A stretch of 64,000 nt of DNA from contig DASSIL010000178.1 in NCBI GenBank assembly GCA_035691925.1, positions 31,638 to 95,637 of the forward strand, read 5' to 3'. Both the position numbers and the translations under genes were made by a program. Shown here one piece after another: positions 51,434-60,787 of the stretch. How positions within the stretch are numbered: position 1 is the stretch's first letter; each line of letters opens with the position of its first letter. This DNA is from Gemmatimonadales bacterium (lineage in GTDB: Bacteria > Gemmatimonadota > Gemmatimonadetes > Gemmatimonadales > GWC2-71-9). The notes beneath the pieces were generated by a model. The model saw only the letters and a list, made by a program, of their open reading frames with translations. It did not search any database and was not told where the DNA came from.

Positions 51434-52741
51434 ATGGCCGTCGCCGACGTGAAGGAATCCGCCGCGCGCCAGCGCATCCCGCTCCGCCACGTGATGGCCG
51501 TGTACGTGGGAAACGGGCTCGAATTCTACGACTTCCTCACGTTCTCCTACTTCGCCGTCTACATCTCGCGCACGTTCTATCCCGGCGGCAATCCCTCCAC
51601 CGCGCTGCTCGCGACCCTGGCCACGTTCGGGGCCGGGTTCCTGACGCGCCCGATCGGCGCGATCGTGATCGGCGGCATGGGCGACCGCATCGGGCGCAAG
51701 CCGGCGATGGTGTTCTCGTTCACGCTGATGGGGGTCGCCATCGTGGGGCTGGCGCTGACGCCGTCGTACGCGACGATCGGGCCTTGGGCGCCGGCGATCG
51801 TGCTGCTGTTCCGACTGGTGCAGGGATTCGCGCTGGGCGGCGAAGTCGGCCCGACCACGGCGTTCATGGCCGAGGCGGCGCCGCCGCACCGACGCGGCCT
51901 GTATCTGTCCATGCAATACGCCACGCAGGACTTCGCCGTGCTGACGGCCGGCATCGTCGGCACGTCGCTGGCCGCAGTGCTCAACGAGCAGCAGCTCCAG
52001 CACTGGGGCTGGCGACTGGCGCTGCTGCTCGGCGCCAGCATCGTCCCGTTCGGGATCATGCTGCGGCGCACGCTGCCGGAAACGCTGGAGCGGCCCGTCG
52101 CCCAGGCGACAGCCGTCGCGCGCGATCTTCGCCCGCGCCGCGAGCGCATGCGGCCCTACCTGGCCATCGTCGTGTTCGGACTGATGATGCTGACCGCGGG
52201 CACGATCGGCAGCTACACGTTGAGCTACATGACCACCTACGCGCTCGACACGCTGCGGCTGCCCGCCACGATCTCGTTCAGCCTGATCATCCTGAACGGT
52301 GGCCTGTCGGTGGTCTTCGAGGCGACGAGCGGCCTGCTGTCGGACCGATTCGGCCGCAAGCCGGTGATGATCGTGCCCGGCGTGCTGCTGGCGCTGTCGA
52401 TCCTCCCGTGCTTCTGGGTGATCGATCACGTGCGCAGCGTGTGGGCGCTGTACGGCGCCGAGAGCGTGATGGTGATGTTCGCCGCGGTGTCGTCCGTGCC
52501 CGTCATCGTGACCATCACCGAGACGCTGCCGGCCCACATTCGCTCGGGCGCGGTGGCCACGATCTACGCGTTCGCGATCTCGATCTTCGGGGGCTCGACC
52601 CAGTTCGTCATCAAGTGGCTGATCGACCGCACGCACAACCCGCTGGCGCCCGCTTATTACTGGACGTGCGCGGCGGTGCTCGGGCTGATCGCCATGGCGC
52701 TCGTCGCCGAGTCCGCGCCCCGGAAGCGCCGCCAGGGCTAG
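51434..52741 (+). CDS. MFS transporter (metabolite:H+ symporter-like)
   Basis: ATG 51434 is preceded by AGGAGG. It has 12 predicted TM segments, with GGMGDRIGRKP and SDRFGRKP loop motifs. Confidence 0.85.
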   Translation: MAVADVKESAARQRIPLRHVMAVYVGNGLEFYDFLTFSYFAVYISRTFYPGGNPSTALLATLATFGAGFLTRPIGAIVIGGMGDRIGRKPAMVFSFTLMGVAIVGLALTPSYATIGPWAPAIVLLFRLVQGFALGGEVGPTTAFMAEAAPPHRRGLYLSMQYATQDFAVLTAGIVGTSLAAVLNEQQLQHWGWRLALLLGASIVPFGIMLRRTLPETLERPVAQATAVARDLRPRRERMRPYLAIVVFGLMMLTAGTIGSYTLSYMTTYALDTLRLPATISFSLIILNGGLSVVFEATSGLLSDRFGRKPVMIVPGVLLALSILPCFWVIDHVRSVWALYGAESVMVMFAAVSSVPVIVTITETLPAHIRSGAVATIYAFAISIFGGSTQFVIKWLIDRTHNPLAPAYYWTCAAVLGLIAMALVAESAPRKRRQG

Positions 52742-52792
52742 CAGCCGCGAACGCGCCGCCCGCGGCGGTCGATCCCGCTGCCTCGTCGCCGG

Positions 52793-53230
52793 TCAGGGCA
52801 TGATCGAGTCCGGCACGGGATACGCGGAGGCCCCTTTCCAATCGGCCGGCAGCAGCTCGAAGTTGAGCAGGCGCACGGGTTCCTTGCCCTCGTTGCGAGC
52901 CAGGTGCTGAACCGCCCCGCTCTCGTAGAAGCAGTCGCCCGCCCTGTAAATCGTGGTATGCCCGGCCTGCACATACGTCAGCACACCGGATTCCACGAAC
53001 CGCAACCCCGGCCCGGCGTGGTGATGGACGCCGATCATCCCGCCGCGCGCGTATGTGCTCTCACTCAGCCGCAGCTTGTAGCGACCGTTCAGCTCCGTGA
53101 GATGGCCGCTGACAACCTGCTCCATGATCATCCGGCTGGTCATACCGCGCTTCGCGACCTCCGCCGGGAGGTTCGAATGCGCGATCGGAACGCACGCCAA
53201 CCCCATCACACCGAGAACGATCTTGAACAT
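52793..53230 (-). CDS. Exported cupin-domain protein
   Basis: Signal is MFKIVLGVMGLACVPIAHS. The cupin motifs are GVHHHAGPGLRFVESG and GDCFYESGAVQHLARN. Confidence 0.75.
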   Translation of the reverse strand: MFKIVLGVMGLACVPIAHSNLPAEVAKRGMTSRMIMEQVVSGHLTELNGRYKLRLSESTYARGGMIGVHHHAGPGLRFVESGVLTYVQAGHTTIYRAGDCFYESGAVQHLARNEGKEPVRLLNFELLPADWKGASAYPVPDSIMP

Positions 53231-53269
53231 GACGCTCCCTTCTCGCCGAACGCGTAGAACGGCTGCGCG

Positions 53270-53740
53270 CTACACCTGTTCGACCAGCTCGCGCAGCAGC
53301 TGCCGCAGCTGGTCGAACCGCTGGGCGCCGAGCCTCGCCCTCCATTCCCGCTCGATCTCGCCGACGGCCTGACGCATGACGCGCCCGGCCGCGACGCCGC
53401 GACGCGTGAGCATCACGCGCTTCGAGCGCACATCGTCCGGATCCGGCCGGCGCTCGAGATAGCCGAGCCGCTCGAGCTGGCCGAGCAGGTAGTTCAACGA
53501 CTGCTTGCTCACCCGCAGCCGGGCGGCCAGCTCGGTGGGGCGCGCGCCGTGCGGACCCGGAAACAGGAACACGGTCAGGTGCGGAACGTCCAGGTCGTCG
53601 AACCCGCGCGCGTGCAGGCGCTCGAGCATGCGCCGTCGCACGGCCTCCCACGGAAGCCGCAGCAACGCCCCGATCAGCGGCGGCCCGAGCGGACCGGGGG
53701 CGTGTTGAGTAAAATGACTTGACCGTACGGGGGCGCGCAT
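53270..53740 (-). CDS. MarR family transcriptional regulator
   Basis: The wHTH block reads RPTELAARLRVSKQSLNYLLGQLERLGYLERRPDPDDVRSKRVMLTRRG. Confidence 0.85.
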   Translation of the reverse strand: MRAPVRSSHFTQHAPGPLGPPLIGALLRLPWEAVRRRMLERLHARGFDDLDVPHLTVFLFPGPHGARPTELAARLRVSKQSLNYLLGQLERLGYLERRPDPDDVRSKRVMLTRRGVAAGRVMRQAVGEIEREWRARLGAQRFDQLRQLLRELVEQV

Positions 53741-53750
53741 GTATGGTCAA
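53719..53750. promoter_or_regulatory. Candidate MarR operator overlapping a sigma70-like promoter for the downstream cupin gene
   Basis: The inverted repeat is TTGACCGTAC-N12-GTATGGTCAA (9/10 complementary). Read on the + strand it gives TTGACC-N17-TATGGT, about 35 nt upstream of ATG 53786. Confidence 0.45.
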
Positions 53751-53785
53751 GCCACTTTACCATCCACTTCCAACGGAGGCCAGCC

Positions 53786-54223
53786 ATGTTGCAGACGCGC
53801 GAAGACATCCGCATCGGTTCGATGGCGATCCGGTTCCTGCTCGAGGGCGGCGACACCCACGGGTCGCTGGCGATGTTCGAGTTCGACGTCCCGGCGGGGA
53901 TCAAGGTGCCGATCCCCCACAGCCACGACGCCTACGAGGAGACGATCTACGGCCTGGCCGGCGTGCTGACCTGGACGCTGGAGGGGCGGCGGGTCGAGAT
54001 CGGGCCGGGCCAGGTGCTGCACATCCCGCGCGGGGCGGTGCACCACTTCGACAACGTCCACGGCACGGACGCTCGGATGCTCGCGGTCGTGACGCCGGGC
54101 GTGCTCGGCCCCGCCTACTTCCGCGAGATGGGCGCGGTCGTGGAGGCCGCGGCCGGCGGGCCGCCCGACCCGGCGGCGATGGCCGAGGTGATGCGCCGCC
54201 ACGGGCTCACGCCCCGGCCGTGA
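53786..54223 (+). CDS. Cupin-domain protein
   Basis: 145 aa. It reads PIPHSHDAYEETIYGLAGVL...GQVLHIPRGAVHHFDN. Confidence 0.8.
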   Translation: MLQTREDIRIGSMAIRFLLEGGDTHGSLAMFEFDVPAGIKVPIPHSHDAYEETIYGLAGVLTWTLEGRRVEIGPGQVLHIPRGAVHHFDNVHGTDARMLAVVTPGVLGPAYFREMGAVVEAAAGGPPDPAAMAEVMRRHGLTPRP

Positions 54224-54241
54224 CGAACGGGCCGGGCCGCA

Positions 54242-55384
54242 TCACGGCGTCGCGGACGCCTCCTCGGCCACCACCTGCGGCAGGTCGGAGGGCTCCGTCA
54301 CCAGCCGCCCGTTGACGAGGAACGTGGGCGTGCCGGTGACCCCGGCCGCGATTCCTTCGCGGATGTCCTGGTCCACCTTCCGGTCGGGATCGGCCGACGA
54401 TTGGCACGCCACGAACGTCGCGCGGTCGATGCCGACCTGCTCCGCCCAGCCCGCGAAATCCGGATGCGCCAGGTCGCCCTGGTGCGCGAACAGCAGGTCG
54501 TGGTACGCGGCGTAGCGTCCCAGCGTCGCCGCGCACATCGAGGCCACCGCCGCCGGCCGCGCGTACTTGTGCGTCGGCAGCGGGTAGTTGAGATAGAACA
54601 GCGCGAGCTTGTCGCCGTACTGCCGCCGCAGCTGCGCCAGCGTCATTTCGGCCTCGAGGCAGTACGGGCACTCGAAGTCGGTGAACACCACGATCCGGAT
54701 CGGCGCGTTGGGAGGTCCCACCACCGGCGCGCCGGCGGTCGACACCACCACGCGCGGCGGGGAGAGCCGCGACTGGAACCCGGCGCGCGCCCGCACGGAG
54801 TCGATCACCGCCGCGCGCGCCTGGGCGATGCGCGCGCTGCGGATCGCGGCTTCGATGCGCTGCTCGCCGGGCGGCACGGTGGCGGTCGCCTCCTGCTTGC
54901 CCGCCTCGTACGCCTTGATGAATTCGATGTCGTGCGGCGTGACGGGCGCCGTGCGGGCCGTGAGCGCGCGCGTCAGCTGCTCCGGCGACATGCCGCGCGC
55001 GCGGGCGGCGGCTTCGAACATCTGGTTCTCGACCATGCCGTCCAGCGCGGCGCGCTCCATCTCGTACACCTGCTCGCGCTGCTGGTGGATGCGGTTGCGG
55101 AGGTTGGGATCGAACTTGTCGAGATCGCTCGCCACCGACCGCGCATAGATGGAATCCGCCGGCACGTGCTGCGCCACCGCCTCGCGCTCCACCGCCTTGC
55201 GGCCCAGCAGATCGCGCACGGCCGCGTGCTCGGCATCCTGCAGGTCCGCGAGCGCGTCGTGGTACGCCTGCCGCTGATTCTCGTTCAGGGCGCGCTCCAG
55301 ATCGGCGCGCGTGATCGGCTTTCCATTGATCGTCGCGACGACCTCGGCCGCCACCGCCGCCGCAACTGCCACGAGCACGAACAT
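54242..55384 (-). CDS. Membrane-anchored DsbA-family thiol:disulfide oxidoreductase with SurA-N-like chaperone region
   Basis: ATG 55384 is preceded by GGGAGA (the track starts one codon earlier at GTG). The N-terminal TM reads FVLVAVAAAVAA. The CPYC active site is in VVFTDFECPYCLEAE, followed by GVTGTPTFLVNG. Confidence 0.85.
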   Translation of the reverse strand: MFVLVAVAAAVAAEVVATINGKPITRADLERALNENQRQAYHDALADLQDAEHAAVRDLLGRKAVEREAVAQHVPADSIYARSVASDLDKFDPNLRNRIHQQREQVYEMERAALDGMVENQMFEAAARARGMSPEQLTRALTARTAPVTPHDIEFIKAYEAGKQEATATVPPGEQRIEAAIRSARIAQARAAVIDSVRARAGFQSRLSPPRVVVSTAGAPVVGPPNAPIRIVVFTDFECPYCLEAEMTLAQLRRQYGDKLALFYLNYPLPTHKYARPAAVASMCAATLGRYAAYHDLLFAHQGDLAHPDFAGWAEQVGIDRATFVACQSSADPDRKVDQDIREGIAAGVTGTPTFLVNGRLVTEPSDLPQVVAEEASATP

Positions 55385-55452
55385 CACACTCTCCCGAAAA
55401 TGAACGAGGGCGGCTCACGGGCCGCCCTCGCTGGATCCAGAGTGAACGACCG

Positions 55453-56379
55453 TTACGGCGTCACGCAGCCGCGCGGCCAGCCGGCCAACGCGTTGGAGTA
55501 TTCCGGCTGCACCCACGCCCCGCCGGTCTGCTGATACAGATTGTGCCACGCGCACTTGTCATCGGCTTCGTAGCCGGACGACGACTCCCACCACGCGTTC
55601 ACCGGATCGGTGATCGCCTCGCGGATCTCGTGCGAGGTCACGATCGTCTCCATGTTCACGACCGTCTTCCCGCTCAGCGAGCAGCCGCTGCAGTCCGCGT
55701 AGGGGAACACCGCGTACAGGATCGTCATGCCGTTGTACGTGTAGCTGCTGTGATAACCGCAGTAGCTCGTGCACGACCGCGCCGAACCGAGCGTGGACGT
55801 GGTGCCCTGCGGCAGGTACACGCCGTACACGGTGTTCGGGTTGGCGGAGATGCGGCCGCCGTTGAACAGACCGGTCAGATACGACTGGATCCCGGAATCG
55901 GAGATGCGGCGCGGAGCGGACTGATTGTCGACGAGATCGGCGGTGTGCCCGAGCGACGCCGAGATCGTGAACCCGCTCTTGCTGTACTGCGTGACGACCT
56001 TCATGCCGGGATCGGAGTTGGTGAAGTTGGTGACGAACCCGTCCACGCCGCTCTGCAGCGCCGAGGCCGTCGCGGCGTTGAAGAAGATCGGCAGGAACGC
56101 GGCGTTCGCCACCACCGCGCCACCGTGATCGCTCAACAGCCCGGGGTTGGCGCCGTAGCTGGGCGCGAACACCGAATAGCCGTTCATGTGCTCGGCCGGC
56201 GGCTGGATGCCGAAGCGGTGCTCGAACGCCTCGGCCGCCGCCGGGGGCGGAAGCACGTGGACGATCTCGCCGTTGTCGCCGCGCACGCGCCACACGCCGT
56301 CTTCCATCTGCTGGGCGAATGCCGGGATGGCGCTGGCGACGAATGCCACCGCCGTGAGCAAGGTTGCGGTCTTCCGCAT
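55453..56379 (-). CDS. Secreted Cys-rich protein, unknown function (weak resemblance to the PHI-1/EXORDIUM-like family)
   Basis: Start re-set to MRKTATLLTAVAFVASAIPAFA. Conserved-looking Cys contexts are SCTSYCGYHSS, YADCSGCS, DDKCAWHN and GCVTP. It also carries a SHEIREAITDP motif. Confidence 0.7.
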   Translation of the reverse strand: MRKTATLLTAVAFVASAIPAFAQQMEDGVWRVRGDNGEIVHVLPPPAAAEAFEHRFGIQPPAEHMNGYSVFAPSYGANPGLLSDHGGAVVANAAFLPIFFNAATASALQSGVDGFVTNFTNSDPGMKVVTQYSKSGFTISASLGHTADLVDNQSAPRRISDSGIQSYLTGLFNGGRISANPNTVYGVYLPQGTTSTLGSARSCTSYCGYHSSYTYNGMTILYAVFPYADCSGCSLSGKTVVNMETIVTSHEIREAITDPVNAWWESSSGYEADDKCAWHNLYQQTGGAWVQPEYSNALAGWPRGCVTP

Positions 56380-56623
56380 GTGCACTCCTCTCGAAAGTGC
56401 AGGTTCAAGGGGGGATGGCCTGGGTTCCGGATCTCTCCGGCTGGCCGGGGACAAGAACCGCGCGTGAGATTAGTCGCAGCCGTGGAAGGCGGAAAGAGAA
56501 AATTCCGCCATGCGACCGTCTCGCCGTTCTCCCCGTCGTCCGGGCTCCCGAACCAGGGCACGATCGATGGGCGCCCGGCGGGTGGCTGCCGGGCTCAGCC
56601 GGGAACGCTGCTAGGATGCGGCC

Positions 56624-57601
56624 ATGGCCGTCATCGAATCCCACGCACTGCGCAAGGAATTTGGCCGGCGCGTGGCCGTGGAGGGACTCGACCTCACGAT
56701 CGAGCGCGGCGAGGTGTTCGGTTTGCTGGGACCAAACGGCGCCGGCAAGACCACTACCCTCATGATGCTCGTTACGCTGCTGCCGCCGAGTTCCGGCACG
56801 GCGCGGGTGAACGGCTGGGACGTGGTATCGGAGGCCGATCGGGTGCGGCAGTCGATCGGCATCGTGTTCCAGGACCAGACCCTCGACACGCTGCTCACCG
56901 GACGCGAGAACCTGGAGCTGCACGCACGGCTGTACGGCGTGCCCGCCGACGTGCGCGGGCCCCGCATGCGCGAGCTGCTGGCGCTCGTCGATCTCGAGGA
57001 TCGCGCCGACGAGCAGGTGAAGAAGTACAGCGGCGGCATGCGCCGCCGGCTCGAGATCGCGCGCGGCTTGCTGCACCGTCCGGCGGCGCTGTTCCTGGAC
57101 GAGCCGACGCTGGGCCTCGATCCCCAGACGCGCGACCGCACCTGGAGCTACATCCGGCGCGTGGTGCGCGACGAGGGCACGACCGTGGTGCTGACCACGC
57201 ACTACATGGACGAGGCCGATCTGATGTGCGACCGCGTCGGCATCATCGATCGCGGCCGCATCGTGGCGCTCGAGCGCCCGGCCGCGCTCAAGGCGGCGCT
57301 CGGCGGCGCGGTGGTGCGGCTGCGGGCGGCGCACGCGGACCTGGACGCGGTGCGCGCCGTGGCGGGCGTGGCGGGGGTCGAGTCGCGCGACCGGGCCATC
57401 GAGGTGTCGCTGCGCGAGCCCCACCTGCACCTGGCGGCGCTGCTGGCCGCCGTGCCCCAGGTCGAATCCGTCGAAGTCCACGAGCCCACCCTGAACGACG
57501 TATTCCTCAAGTACACCGGGCGCGAGCTGCGGCGGGAGTCCGAAGGCGAGGGCGAAGGGTGGATGGAGACCGCCTTGCGCGCCAACCAGGGCGGGCGGTG
57601 A
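56624..57601 (+). CDS. ABC transporter ATP-binding protein (DrrA/ABC-2 type)
   Basis: Walker A is GLLGPNGAGKTT, the signature is YSGGMRRRLEIA and Walker B is LFLDEPTLGLD. Confidence 0.9.
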   Translation: MAVIESHALRKEFGRRVAVEGLDLTIERGEVFGLLGPNGAGKTTTLMMLVTLLPPSSGTARVNGWDVVSEADRVRQSIGIVFQDQTLDTLLTGRENLELHARLYGVPADVRGPRMRELLALVDLEDRADEQVKKYSGGMRRRLEIARGLLHRPAALFLDEPTLGLDPQTRDRTWSYIRRVVRDEGTTVVLTTHYMDEADLMCDRVGIIDRGRIVALERPAALKAALGGAVVRLRAAHADLDAVRAVAGVAGVESRDRAIEVSLREPHLHLAALLAAVPQVESVEVHEPTLNDVFLKYTGRELRRESEGEGEGWMETALRANQGGR

Positions 57602-58392
57602 TGCGAGCGTTGGGTGGCGCGCTGGCGGTGTGGCTGCGCGAGTTCACGGTGTTCAAGCGCGAAACCTCGCGCGTGATCTCGGCGGTGCTGCAGCCGCTGA
57701 TGTGGATCCTGCTGTTCGGCGGCGGCCTGGGCGGAAGCGTCGGGCGCGGCGCGTCGGTGGCGCTGCCAGCCGGCATCGACTACCAGCAGTACATCTTCCC
57801 CGGCATCCTGATGATGTCGGTGCTGTTCTCGTCGGTGTTCTACGGCATGTACCTGGTGTGGGACCGCAAGATCGACGTGCTGAAGGCGGTGCTGGTGTCC
57901 CCGGTGCCGCGCCCGGCGATCTTCCTCGGCAAGGTGCTGGGCGGCTGCACCGACGTGCTGATCCAGTCCGCGATCCTGCTGGTGGTGGGGGCGGTGATCC
58001 TGCGGCTTCCGCTGGGGCGCTACGCGCTCGCGATCCTGCCCTCGCTCGGCGTGATCCTGCTCGCGGCGATGGGCACCGTCTCGATCGGGCTCACGATCGG
58101 TTCGCGGTTCGAGAGCATGGAAGGGTTCCAGGTGGTGGGCACGTTCGTGAACTTCCCGCTGTTCTTCCTGTCGGGCGCGCTGTTCCCGCTGGGCGCCGCG
58201 CTGCGCGCCTCCCAGCCGCTGCTGTTCCATCTCGCGCACGCCGATCCCATCACCTACCCGGTGGATGCGCTGCGCGGAATCCTGTTCGGCGCGAACCTGT
58301 TCCCCATGGCGCTCGACCTGGCGGTGATGGTCGGATTCGCGGCGGTGATGGTCGCGATCGGCGGATTCGCGTTCGGCCGCATGAGGCTGTGA
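57601..58392 (+). CDS. ABC-2 type transporter permease
   Basis: Its ATG shares one base with the ATPase stop (GTGATG). It has 6 predicted TM segments, in frame with the tail of track ORF 55543..58392. Confidence 0.85.
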   Translation: MRALGGALAVWLREFTVFKRETSRVISAVLQPLMWILLFGGGLGGSVGRGASVALPAGIDYQQYIFPGILMMSVLFSSVFYGMYLVWDRKIDVLKAVLVSPVPRPAIFLGKVLGGCTDVLIQSAILLVVGAVILRLPLGRYALAILPSLGVILLAAMGTVSIGLTIGSRFESMEGFQVVGTFVNFPLFFLSGALFPLGAALRASQPLLFHLAHADPITYPVDALRGILFGANLFPMALDLAVMVGFAAVMVAIGGFAFGRMRL

Positions 58393-58397
58393 GCGCC

Positions 58398-58418
58398 ACG
58401 CGTCCCGGACGGGCGCGT
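58398..58418. terminator. Candidate hairpin between convergent genes
   Basis: ACGCGTCC-cggac-GGGCGCGT forms 8 bp including one G-U. It sits between the permease stop (58392) and the ClC stop (58418-58420) and has no U-tract. Confidence 0.35.
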
Positions 58419-60196
58419 CACTCGCGCGAGAACGGACGCCACAGCTCGGGCGCCGGCAGCCGGATCAGGTTCTCGCGGCGCTGCTCGATCTCGAGCTGGC
58501 GCTCGCGCGCCTTCAGCAGATCACTGCGGGTCACGATCCCGATCACGGCATGCGGCGCCTTGTCCGACACCACCGGCAGGCGCCCCACGCCCTCCTTCGC
58601 CATGCGCTCCGCCACCGCGCGGCACGACTCGTCGGGATGCGCCACCACCGGCTCGCGGCCCAGCAGCGAGGCGACCACGATCCGGCCCAGCTCCTCGGGC
58701 GGCGGCAGATCGAGCAGCTCGCTGCGCGTCACCACGCCCACCAGCCGGCCGGACGCGGTGACCACCGGATAGCCCTGATGCCGGCCGAGCCGCGGATCGA
58801 AGTGGCGCGCCTCCAGCTCTGCCACCGGCAGCGTGGCCTGCACGGTCTGCACGGGATGGCTCATCACCTGCGAGACGAGCAGCGTCTCCAGCGGATCGAC
58901 CGAGTACTCGCGCGATAGATGGTGCCCGCGCCGCGCCACCTTCTCGGTGAGGATCGAGCGCGGCATGACGAGCACCGTCACGGCATAAGCGGCCGCGCAC
59001 GCGATCAGCAACGGCAGCAGCGCGTCCACCTGCTGCGTCAGCTCGAGCGCGAACACGACCGCGGTGAGCGGGCAGCGCATCGTGCCGCTGAGGATCGCCG
59101 ACAGCCCGACCAGCGGCCACCAGGCCGCGCCGCCGGCCGGCAGGATCGGCGCCAGCAGCAGGCCGGCGGCGGCGCCCATCATGAGCAGCGGCGCCAGCAC
59201 GCCGCCGCTCGTCCCCGAGCCGAGCGCGATGCTCCAGATCACGGCCTTGACCACCAGCAGCCGCACCATCGGACCCGCGGGCATGGCGCCGCGCACGAGA
59301 TCGCCGATCACGTCGTAGCCGACGCCGAGCGCGCGCGGCTCGATCAGGCCGCCGATGCCGACCGCGAGCCCGCCCAGCGCCGGCCACCACATCCAATGGA
59401 CCGGCAGCCGCTGGAACGCGTCTTCGGCCGCGTACACGGCGCGCGTCAGCAGCGCCGACAGCACACCGCATGCGACCCCGACGCCGACGCATGCGGCCAG
59501 CCCGGCGCCGTCGATGTGCGCGTGCGCGGGCAACGGGAACAGCGGCCCGTGCCCGAGCAGCATCGGGCGCAGCGCCGCGGCCGTGGCGCTGGCCAACGCC
59601 ACCGGGATGAAGCTGCGCGGCTTCCACTCGAACAGCAGCAATTCCACGGCGAGCAGCACCGCCGCCACCGGCGTGGCGAACGTGGCGGACATGCCGCCGG
59701 CCGCGCCGGCGACCAGCAGCGTCTTGCGCTCGGCGGCGCTGAACTGGAACGTCTGCGCGATCAGCGAGCCGACCGCGCCGCCCGTCATGATGATCGGGCC
59801 CTCGGCCCCGAACGGACCGCCCGAGCCGATCGAGATCGCCGACGAAAGCGGCTTCAGCACCGCCAGCTTGGGCTCCATGCGCGAGCGGCCGATCAGAATC
59901 GCCTCGAGCGCCTCGGGGATCCCGTGGCCCCGGATCTTCTCCGAGCCGAACCGCGCCATCAGCCCGATGATCAGCCCGCCGATCACCGGCACCACGATCG
60001 CCCATGGGCCCAGCGTGTGCGCGGCCGGGCGCGCGTCGGCGAACGACAGCCGCTGGAAGAAGAACAGGTTGGTGAACAGCGCGATCAGCCGGAGCAGGGC
60101 GGCGGCCAGGAACGCGCACAGGCCGCCGATCCCGATCCCGAGCACCGACAGCGCCAGCAGCCGGCGGTCGGCGGTGAAGTCGCCGCGAACGGCCAT
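58418..60196 (-). CDS. ClC family chloride channel / H+-Cl- exchanger with C-terminal CBS pair
   Basis: This is only the 3' 1.8 kb of the 5.5-kb track ORF. ATG 60196 is preceded by AAGGAGGG. The ClC motifs are GSGGPFGAEGP, GMSATFATP and GTSGGVLAPLL, followed by two CBS-like units (VMSHPVQTV.., GRLPVVSD..IGIVTRSDLL). Confidence 0.9.
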   Translation of the reverse strand: MAVRGDFTADRRLLALSVLGIGIGGLCAFLAAALLRLIALFTNLFFFQRLSFADARPAAHTLGPWAIVVPVIGGLIIGLMARFGSEKIRGHGIPEALEAILIGRSRMEPKLAVLKPLSSAISIGSGGPFGAEGPIIMTGGAVGSLIAQTFQFSAAERKTLLVAGAAGGMSATFATPVAAVLLAVELLLFEWKPRSFIPVALASATAAALRPMLLGHGPLFPLPAHAHIDGAGLAACVGVGVACGVLSALLTRAVYAAEDAFQRLPVHWMWWPALGGLAVGIGGLIEPRALGVGYDVIGDLVRGAMPAGPMVRLLVVKAVIWSIALGSGTSGGVLAPLLMMGAAAGLLLAPILPAGGAAWWPLVGLSAILSGTMRCPLTAVVFALELTQQVDALLPLLIACAAAYAVTVLVMPRSILTEKVARRGHHLSREYSVDPLETLLVSQVMSHPVQTVQATLPVAELEARHFDPRLGRHQGYPVVTASGRLVGVVTRSELLDLPPPEELGRIVVASLLGREPVVAHPDESCRAVAERMAKEGVGRLPVVSDKAPHAVIGIVTRSDLLKARERQLEIEQRRENLIRLPAPELWRPFSRE

Positions 60197-60241
60197 GGAC
60201 CCTCCTTGGGATGATCCCGCCGCGCGCAGCCGCGGTCGGGC

Positions 60242-60266
60242 GTCCGATGCGACAACTGTATCGGAC
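60242..60266. promoter_or_regulatory. Inverted repeat in the ClC / MarR divergent intergenic region
   Basis: GTCCGAT-N11-ATCGGAC is a perfect 7-bp inverted repeat 18 nt upstream of the MarR ATG (60284), next to an AT-rich TTCGATATATTTCG patch. Confidence 0.4.
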
Positions 60267-60283
60267 TTCGATATATTTCGCAC

Positions 60284-60724
60284 ATGGCCACCCGCACCGC
60301 TCCGTCCGCCGCCGCGCCCGATCTCACCGACGCCGAATACGCCGCGCTGGCCGGATTCCGTGCGCGGCTGCGCTCGTTCCTGCGTTTCACCGAGCGCGAA
60401 GCCGCGCGCGGCGGGCTCACGCCGCAACAGCACCAGCTGCTGCTCGCGATCCGCGCGCATGCCGGCGGCGCGGCGGGCGTCGGCGAGCTGGCGCAGGCGC
60501 TGCAGCTCCGCCATCACACGGTGGTGGGCCTCGTGGACCGCGTCGCCGCGCTCGGGTTCGTCACGCGCCGGGTGGACCCGGCCGATCGCCGGCGCGTGCG
60601 CGTGACCCTCACGCGCGCCGGCCGGCAGGCGCTGGCCCGGCTGTCGCTCGGGCACCGCCGCGAGCTGCACGCGCTGCGCCGCGCGCTCGATCTGGCGCTG
60701 CTGGACGGCCCACGCCGGAGCTGA
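60284..60724 (+). CDS. MarR family transcriptional regulator
   Basis: It reads LTPQQHQLLLAIRAH..GVGELAQALQLRHHTVVGLVDRVAALGFVTRRVDPADRRRVRVTLTRAG. Confidence 0.85.
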   Translation: MATRTAPSAAAPDLTDAEYAALAGFRARLRSFLRFTEREAARGGLTPQQHQLLLAIRAHAGGAAGVGELAQALQLRHHTVVGLVDRVAALGFVTRRVDPADRRRVRVTLTRAGRQALARLSLGHRRELHALRRALDLALLDGPRRS

Positions 60725-60787
60725 CGGCCGAGGCCAGCGGGGGACCGCCGCCCGGGTTTGCGAATCCGGTATCATCACCCCTTCGCG

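Noticed and set aside
53160-53185. GGTTCGAAT string resembling a tRNA T-loop
   Set aside because: It lies inside the cupin CDS, has no complementary T-stem or acceptor arm around it, and no cloverleaf can be drawn. I found no tRNA, rRNA or tmRNA candidate in any intergenic region.
60197-60283. A fluoride (crcB-motif) riboswitch upstream of the ClC gene
   Set aside because: The leader is only 87 nt and shows no recognisable riboswitch-like conserved structure. The channel also carries CBS domains, unlike the riboswitch-associated ClC-F subclass.
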